Assembly: GCA_041748655.1 (NCBI GenBank)
Contig: JBGTCV010000089.1
Coordinates: 7,987-71,986, forward strand
Source: Candidatus Promineifilaceae bacterium
GTDB lineage: Bacteria > Chloroflexota > Anaerolineae > Promineifilales > Promineifilaceae
Reading direction: 5' to 3'
Length of the DNA stretch: 64,000 bases
A program made the translations under genes and the position numbers. The notes beneath the pieces were generated by a model that searched no databases, had not been told where the DNA came from, and worked only from the letters and a program-made list of their open reading frames with translations. This document shows, in pieces, positions 58,235-64,000 of this stretch; positions within the stretch are counted from its first letter, which is position 1; each line of letters starts with the position of its first letter.

Positions 58235-59191
58235 TCATTTTTCGTCGGGGAAGCCCCACTTTTTGTCTACCAGGTACAACGGCCGTCCCTTCACCTCGTC
58301 ATAAATTCGGCCCAAATATTCACCGATGATCCCCAGGCTAATCAGCTGTACGCCGCCCAAAAAGAGCACCGACACCAGCGTGGTGGCCTGGCCAAGCAGC
58401 GGATTTTCCGGGCCAAAAAGCCGAATCAAGATCACTGCCAAAATCGACAATCCGCTGATAATGGCAATGATGAAACCGAGGTAAGTAGCCAATTGCAGCG
58501 GTAAATAGGAGAAGCTGGTAATGGCATCCAGCGCAAAGGGCAGCATCTGGCGCACGCTGCCAAATTTGGACTCCCCGGCAAAGCGGCTGGCCCGCTCATA
58601 CTCCACGCCGGTTTGTTTGAAGCCCACCCAGGGAATCATGCCGCGCAAAAAGCGGTTGCGCTCTGGCATGTTGTTGATGGCATTCACCACCCGCCGGTCC
58701 ATCAGGCGAAAATCCCCTGTGTCCAGCGGAATGTCAATATTGGTGATGCGCCGAATCAGCCGGTAGAAAACTTTGGCGGTAAACTGCTTGAACCAGGTTT
58801 CCCCCACCCGGCTGGCACGCACCCCGTACACCACTTCGTACCCCTCACGCCATTTGGCGATCATCTTCGGGTACAGTTCGGGTGGGTCCTGCAAATCAGC
58901 GTCGGTGAGAATGACGGCATCCCCCTGAGCGTGGTTCAGCCCGGCGGTGACGGCCACCTGGAAGCCAAAATTGCGCGAGAAGCTGATCCCTTTGACACGC
59001 GAATCCTTCTGGTGCAGTTCGGCAATCACCTCGGCCGAGCGGTCCCGGCTGCCGTCGTTGACCAGCACCAGTTCCCACGGCTCGCCAAAGGCGTCCAGCA
59101 CCTGACTCACGCGGCGATACAGCTCGTTCAGCACCGCTTCTTCATTGTAAACAGGTGAAACGATGGAGATAGTTGGTTTTGTTTGATCCAT
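58235..59191 (-). CDS. GT2 polyprenyl-phosphate sugar synthase (CsbB/GtrB/ArnC-like) with C-terminal TM helices
   Basis: [11 protein letters not shown]...[10 protein letters not shown]...[11 protein letters not shown]2 DXD motifs; two C-terminal TM helices typical of GtrB/DPM1-like enzymes. Confidence 0.85.
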   Translation of the reverse strand: MDQTKPTISIVSPVYNEEAVLNELYRRVSQVLDAFGEPWELVLVNDGSRDRSAEVIAELHQKDSRVKGISFSRNFGFQVAVTAGLNHAQGDAVILTDADLQDPPELYPKMIAKWREGYEVVYGVRASRVGETWFKQFTAKVFYRLIRRITNIDIPLDTGDFRLMDRRVVNAINNMPERNRFLRGMIPWVGFKQTGVEYERASRFAGESKFGSVRQMLPFALDAITSFSYLPLQLATYLGFIIAIISGLSILAVILIRLFGPENPLLGQATTLVSVLFLGGVQLISLGIIGEYLGRIYDEVKGRPLYLVDKKWGFPDEK

Positions 59192-59271
59192 TTTTCTACT
59201 TGAAAGATTGGGGAGAGAGAAGTGATAAGTGATAAGCCCACTTTTTACTTTTCACTTTTCACTTTTTACTC

Positions 59272-60543
59272 TTAATCCCCCTGTTTATTAAAAATACGCT
59301 CTACGGCCGTAATCTCCGGCGCAATTGTCACGGCCTGGCCCACTGATTTCATGGCTGAATTTACATCTTTCAGCCCGCTGCCCGTCAGAATGAGCACCAC
59401 GCGGGCGTCTGGGCCAATCAGGCCGGTTTGGGCCGCTTTCAGGAAGCCTGCGTAAGTAGCGGCCGAGGCGGGTTCGGCAAAAACACCGCTGCCCTGGGCC
59501 AGGGCGGGAATCGCCGCCAGGATTTGCGCATCCGTCACCGTGATGAATGCGCCGTTGGTCTGGCGAACGGCCGTAAACGCCTTAATCCTGTCGCGGGGCA
59601 GCCCGGCACTGATGCTGTCGGCCACCGTGTTGGCCACAATGGGCGGTTTGGTCAGCACATCCTCATTGTTGGCCCAGGCATCGTGCAAATAGGCCGAGCC
59701 TTCTGCCTGCACGCCGATGATTTCGGGCAACGGCCGTTCGGCAGGCAAATAGCCCGCTGCCATCAAATCCCGGACCCCTTTATACACACCACTGATGATG
59801 CAACCATCACCCACGGAGACAAAGAGATGGGTGATGGGGGGCACATTGGCCGCTCGCTGCTGTTTAAGTTGCGCGTACAGCTCAAAACTGACGGTTTTCT
59901 TGCCTTCGGCCATGTACGGATTGTACCCCGTGTTGCGGCAGTACCAGCCAAACCGCTCCGTGGCTTGCAGGCAGAGGTCGAAGGCGTCGTCGTAGGTGCC
60001 TTCCACCAGCAGCACCGTTGCGCCATAAACGAGCAGCTGAGCAATTTTGGCAGCGGGGGCGGAAGCGGGTACAAAAATGACCGTTTTTTGCCCCACGCTG
60101 GCGGCCAATCCGGCCAAAGCAGCAGCGGCGTTGCCCGTACTGGCGGTGGTCACAATCTCGGCCCCTAGCTCCTGGGCTTTCATGATGGCCACGGCGCTGG
60201 CCCTGTCTTTGAGAGAGGCGGTGGGATTACGGCCGTCATCCTTCAGCCACAATTCGGCCACGCCCGCCGCCTGGACCAGACGTGGCGCTTCTTGCAGCGG
60301 CGTGCCGCCTACGATCAGCGGCGGGGCAGGCAGGTTTTCTGCGACAGGTAAAAACGGCCGATAGGCAAACATCCCCCCGCTGGCGGCGGGCAGATGATCC
60401 CCAATTTCGGCGCGTATGGCGTCGTAATCGTACTCCACGTCCAAAATACCCTCGTTGCCGTGGTCGGGGCAAACGTACAGCAGCTCATCGGGCTGGTAAA
60501 CTTTGTGGCAAATGACGCAGCGCAAGCCAGTGACATTTTTCAT
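59272..60543 (-). CDS. thrC: Threonine synthase
   Basis: N-terminal zinc-ribbon cysteines (CVICHKVYQ..CPDHG) and PLP fold (TASTGNAAAALA); 423 aa. Confidence 0.9.
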   Translation of the reverse strand: MKNVTGLRCVICHKVYQPDELLYVCPDHGNEGILDVEYDYDAIRAEIGDHLPAASGGMFAYRPFLPVAENLPAPPLIVGGTPLQEAPRLVQAAGVAELWLKDDGRNPTASLKDRASAVAIMKAQELGAEIVTTASTGNAAAALAGLAASVGQKTVIFVPASAPAAKIAQLLVYGATVLLVEGTYDDAFDLCLQATERFGWYCRNTGYNPYMAEGKKTVSFELYAQLKQQRAANVPPITHLFVSVGDGCIISGVYKGVRDLMAAGYLPAERPLPEIIGVQAEGSAYLHDAWANNEDVLTKPPIVANTVADSISAGLPRDRIKAFTAVRQTNGAFITVTDAQILAAIPALAQGSGVFAEPASAATYAGFLKAAQTGLIGPDARVVLILTGSGLKDVNSAMKSVGQAVTIAPEITAVERIFNKQGD

Positions 60544-60561
60544 CGTGGGTCCTTCCTGATT

Positions 60562-60637
60562 GGTAAGTGGGTAATTAAGTAATTAGGTAATTGAGTAATT
60601 GGCTAAATTACCTAATTACCTAATTACTCAATTACTT
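60562..60637. repeat. Family A heptamer-iterated palindromic element, copy 3 (between the EEP gene and thrC)
   Basis: GGTAATTAAGTAATTAGGTAATTGAGTAATTGG...AATTACCTAATTACCTAATTACTCAATTAC. Confidence 0.7.
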
Positions 60638-60640
60638 CCT

Positions 60641-61411
60641 CTAAATTTCTAAAGTTGCCAACAGCCCCACATGGTCCGACGGATAGAGCGTATCGTCGTC
60701 CGGGGCGGGCAGATCGCAAAAAATACGGGCTTCGGGCACGCGGCGAATGCCGGAGGAGACGAAGATGTAATCCAGGCAGCCAGACCAATCCCACGGTGGC
60801 AGCAGGGCGGTGGGGAAGGTGGCCAACGGCTCAAAGCCATGCCGCAGCTGGTAGGCAGAGCGAAAGCGCTGCTTCATGATCTGGATGGCGGGACCATCAG
60901 GAACCTCGTTGAAATCTCCGGCGACCACCTGGGCAGGGATGGGGCGGCTGTCGGCCAGCCAGCCGGTAAGCATAAGCGCCTGCTCTTGCCGGGCCTGCTT
61001 GTCGGTGGCTGGATGGTGGAAATGGGTGGAGACAAAATCGAGCGGCTGGCGGTTGCTCAGCTCCACGTTGACCCGCAGGGCCACCCGGCCACCGTAGCCC
61101 AAATTGAGGCTGTCCGTGTACAAAATGGGCAGGTTGCTCAGCACGCCAATCCCTTCCAGGTAGCCATAAATGGGGTGCTGCTTGCGGATTTGGATGAGAC
61201 GATACGGCCGTTTCCCTTCCGGCATCCGGGCATTGATCTGGTTGCGAATCCAGCGCCCCTGGGCAATGGGAAAGCTAATCTCTTGCAGGCTGATCAGGTT
61301 GGGCAGCACGTCTAGCAGCTGGGCCACCAGCAAATGACGTCGTTCGCGCCAGCGGTCTGCCCGATTACGTAAATTAATAGTCGCAGCTGTTATCTGTGGC
61401 ATTGCATCCAA
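60641..61411 (-). CDS. Endonuclease/exonuclease/phosphatase (EEP) family protein
   Basis: ATINLRN...LISLQEIS N-terminal EEP motifs; C-terminal SDH catalytic triad region (YPSDHVGL). Confidence 0.75.
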   Translation of the reverse strand: MDAMPQITAATINLRNRADRWRERRHLLVAQLLDVLPNLISLQEISFPIAQGRWIRNQINARMPEGKRPYRLIQIRKQHPIYGYLEGIGVLSNLPILYTDSLNLGYGGRVALRVNVELSNRQPLDFVSTHFHHPATDKQARQEQALMLTGWLADSRPIPAQVVAGDFNEVPDGPAIQIMKQRFRSAYQLRHGFEPLATFPTALLPPWDWSGCLDYIFVSSGIRRVPEARIFCDLPAPDDDTLYPSDHVGLLATLEI

Positions 61412-61433
61412 ATATTGTTCTTCGTGTCACGCA

Positions 61434-62963
61434 TCATTCAAGGTCGATTTCGGTGGTGCCGCTGGGAACGGCCGTTTGAATCGACTGGTTGGCATCCCGC
61501 AGCGTCAGGGTAAAGGGAACGTCGGTGGTCAACCTTAATTTAGTGGCATCGGCCACCATAGACAGCGTGCCGTCTGGCCCCAGCGGGTAATTTTCCACAC
61601 CGTAGGGCAACTCAGACGCCAGCCGCCGATCCCAAAAAACGCGCCGCTGCGGCCAATCGACCGAAATACCAATGACGTCTTCCAGCAAAATAGCGATGGG
61701 GCTTAGGCCAGCCATGCCCACGGGGTCTTTAGCGGCGGGATCGCCGGGAGCGGCCGTTTCCGGGGCATAATTTTCCCAAAAAGCGCCGGTCAGATCATAC
61801 ACCTCGGCCACGTTAGCCAGGTGGTTGACGGCAATTTCATGGGCCAGGCCATGCTGCCCCACCTGGCGCAGGCCGCACAGCACCATAAAGTTGGTGCAGG
61901 GCCAGACGCCGCCGCGCCAAAAGTTGCCTGTTTCAAAGTTGTACCCTTCGCTGTCGGCTGACTGGCTGGGAATGCGGTGGTGCAGCTTGAACGCCCAATT
62001 TTCGCGCAGAGCCTTCACAAACGGCTCCAGCCGCTTTTCCGGAATCAGGCCAGCATCCAGCAGACCCCAGTAAGCGGCGATGCTTTTGATCTGGCTGAAA
62101 CGGCCGTTTGCATCTACATCCTGATAAAATTGGGTCGCTTCATTCCAAAGGGTGCTGTTGATTAATTCCACCAGACGGGCGTGCTCTTCCTCCAGTTCGT
62201 TCGACAACGCCTCCTGGTGTAAAAGCGCGGCCATCTGCGCCAAAACCAGGCTGTTGATGGCTGCCTGAAGCGAAGCATCTACCCAGCTCCAGTGGCGATG
62301 GTGAAAGCGGCTGCTGGGCACGCGGGGCTGGTTGCTCAGCCCGCTGCTGTGCCCGGTGGCCCAATACAGCCCGTTGGGCCAGGTGCGGTTGGCCTGGCAC
62401 CAGCGATGATAGGCCACCAGCGGCGGAAACACTTTCTCCAGGCGGCTATCATCGCCCGTAAACCGGTAATTGCGCCACTCCACCCAGGCCAAAATGTTGG
62501 GGCCGGTGGCGTTGGGGTCGAAGGGATAGAAAAAATCCTCGCCGGTGGTCAGGTCGATTTGGCGGCAAATGAAGCCATCGTTATGCTGTTTGGCGTACAG
62601 ATTGTCCAGGTTGCCCATGAAGTCGAAGGCGCGACGGCCGTATAAGCCAAACTGGGTCATGAAGGCGCTGTCCCACATGAAGAGAAAATCGTCTGTAGCG
62701 GCGTCCAGGAAGTTGGCCACAAAGCCAGACTCCGGCCGGGGCTGGCGCAAATGGTGCCAGGCCAGCTCCCAGGCTCGCCAGTAAAGCCCCACCCATGCGC
62801 TGTGTTCCGGCAGGATGGGCTGCGGCAGCGCTGCTTTGGCCTCGGCAAAGGATGGCCACGCTTGCAAGGCGTACGTCTGTTGTCGAAACTTGTTTTGGGC
62901 GACGAGGGGCTCAGACGGCCGTTCAAATTTAGGATGTGGCTGCGGCATGATGGGATACTCCAC
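61434..62963 (-). CDS. Six-hairpin (alpha/alpha)6 glycoside hydrolase-like protein (GH63/GH37/GH100-like; family not resolved)
   Basis: 509 aa, cytoplasmic, with W/F/Y-rich blocks (FLFMWDSAF, WENYAPETA) reminiscent of (alpha/alpha)6-barrel glycosidases. The assignment is tentative. Confidence 0.45.
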   Translation of the reverse strand: MEYPIMPQPHPKFERPSEPLVAQNKFRQQTYALQAWPSFAEAKAALPQPILPEHSAWVGLYWRAWELAWHHLRQPRPESGFVANFLDAATDDFLFMWDSAFMTQFGLYGRRAFDFMGNLDNLYAKQHNDGFICRQIDLTTGEDFFYPFDPNATGPNILAWVEWRNYRFTGDDSRLEKVFPPLVAYHRWCQANRTWPNGLYWATGHSSGLSNQPRVPSSRFHHRHWSWVDASLQAAINSLVLAQMAALLHQEALSNELEEEHARLVELINSTLWNEATQFYQDVDANGRFSQIKSIAAYWGLLDAGLIPEKRLEPFVKALRENWAFKLHHRIPSQSADSEGYNFETGNFWRGGVWPCTNFMVLCGLRQVGQHGLAHEIAVNHLANVAEVYDLTGAFWENYAPETAAPGDPAAKDPVGMAGLSPIAILLEDVIGISVDWPQRRVFWDRRLASELPYGVENYPLGPDGTLSMVADATKLRLTTDVPFTLTLRDANQSIQTAVPSGTTEIDLE

Positions 62964-63035
62964 TAAAGTTTTTCAACGCCGAGACGGAGAGGCGCAGAGA
63001 AAAGCACACCGGTTTCACCGGGGGTTTGCAGTTGG

Positions 63036-63749
63036 CTAACGATTCACCAGTAGTTCGGCCGTACCGCCCAGCTGGAGACTGTTTTCATTGAAATTCACAA
63101 CGCGAAACGTGTAGCGAATAGCCACATTTTCCTGCAAGGAGCCAATCCAGGTGATTGAATCCCCCAGCGCAAACAGCGGATGCCCGGTCAGGCCCGTCAG
63201 CCGGGCCGAATCTACCTGGCCCTGCGTCGAGATACCATCGTACACTAACGTAGTGCCGGGAATTGTCCAGCCAACCGGCACGTTGTGGGCCATCACGATA
63301 TTGTTATACCGAATGGCATTCGGCCAATCGGGCATTAACGGCAGCGGTGCCGCCACCGGATTCAACACCGTTATTTCCACCGGGCCGGCAACGGGCAGCG
63401 GTCCCAGAAAATCGGGGGCCAGACGCAGGTTATATTTGGCAAAGACACTGGGGGCGACAATGCCGTTCCAGATGAAGGAATCACCGACCCGCTTTTGGGC
63501 CGGTTCGCCATCAATCTTGACGTCGTGCAGGTCGCCGGTTTTGCCCACGTATTGCAGCTGGGAGCCAGGCACCATATTCCCTGGCTCCAGGCTGTAGGAG
63601 TAGGCTGGAATCAAAAAAGTCATGGTATCGCCAGCGGGGGTTGGGGTTACGGCCGTTTCGTCCGAACCGGTACCAGGAATGGTGCAAGCCAGCGCCGCCA
63701 AACACAAAACGAGCCAAAAACCAGCCAGACTTTTAAATGAATGCCTCAT
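63036..63749 (-). CDS. Secreted lipoprotein, hypothetical
   Basis: Signal peptide with lipobox LAALACT; no recognizable family. Confidence 0.4.
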   Translation of the reverse strand: MRHSFKSLAGFWLVLCLAALACTIPGTGSDETAVTPTPAGDTMTFLIPAYSYSLEPGNMVPGSQLQYVGKTGDLHDVKIDGEPAQKRVGDSFIWNGIVAPSVFAKYNLRLAPDFLGPLPVAGPVEITVLNPVAAPLPLMPDWPNAIRYNNIVMAHNVPVGWTIPGTTLVYDGISTQGQVDSARLTGLTGHPLFALGDSITWIGSLQENVAIRYTFRVVNFNENSLQLGGTAELLVNR

Positions 63750-63897
63750 TTTTCCCTCTTAGGAATGCACATTAAAAACTTGCACATCTACCCTCCCCCT
63801 AACCCCCTCCCCCAATGGAGGAGGGCTAGGGAGGGGGAAAACCGTAAGTTATTAAATTTCTGTTCCTTACCACTTTTCACTTATCACTTCTCACTTT

Positions 63898-64000
63898 CTA
63901 ATCAGTTTCAATCGTAATCGTCATGATACGGTCGCCGTCCGGAGCATTGGGGTCTTGTGGATCACGCGGGGTGATGCCTTCAACAACATCCATACCCTCG
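63898..64000 (-). CDS. 3' end of a cyclophilin-type peptidyl-prolyl cis-trans isomerase (partial, continues beyond the window)
   Basis: Reverse-strand translation ...EGMDVVEGITPRDPQDPNAPDGDRIMTITIETD* matches the cyclophilin C-terminus (GMDVV ... P...I.I). Confidence 0.55.
   Translation of the reverse strand, partial: EGMDVVEGITPRDPQDPNAPDGDRIMTITIETD

Overview
This is a GC-rich bacterial chromosomal window, most likely from a Chloroflexota-like organism. The evidence for that is the Pro/Thr-rich linkers, the giant TadE-like secreted proteins and the cell-envelope gene content. The organism assignment is inference only.

Ordinary gene content is a mix of housekeeping genes and an accessory-looking segment.
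- Housekeeping: pyrG, msrA, thrC, moaA, a yitJ-like bifunctional homocysteine methyltransferase/MTHFR, a fused 2-oxoacid dehydrogenase E1 alpha/beta, and cmoA-cmoB.
- Accessory-looking (about 9.0 to 30 kb): two vapBC-type toxin-antitoxin pairs; a SARP-family regulator fused to an ATPase next to a polytopic membrane protein carrying the same ATPase type; a cluster of four giant TadE/TadG/Flp-like pseudopilin proteins whose C-terminal regions contain adhesin-like (CARDB, carboxypeptidase-regulatory-like) and CBM-like domains; and an ArsR-MFS operon.
- Further downstream: a sugar ABC transporter; a phnD-phnC-phnE-phnE phosphonate-type transporter with double-length permeases; an inositol monophosphatase, HAD and class V aminotransferase cluster; cell-wall associated genes (C39-like peptidase with SH3b domains, CAP protein, LCP); and a glycosylation module with a GT2 polyprenyl-phosphate sugar synthase beside a 1382-aa YfhO plus PMT/ArnT-like GT-C fusion.

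The strongest sequence-level signal is a hyper-abundant palindrome, ACGGCCGT, usually extended to AACGGCCGTT. I counted roughly 90-100 copies by eye across 64 kb, inside genes in every frame and in spacers, which resembles the cyanobacterial HIP1 phenomenon.

Several families of short intergenic palindromic or heptamer-iterated repeat elements recur between genes. The spacer between the SARP-ATPase gene and the membrane-ATPase gene (15579-15895) has a strikingly ordered repeat architecture: inverted 15-mer tandem arrays flanking inverted CACAGAT heptamers.
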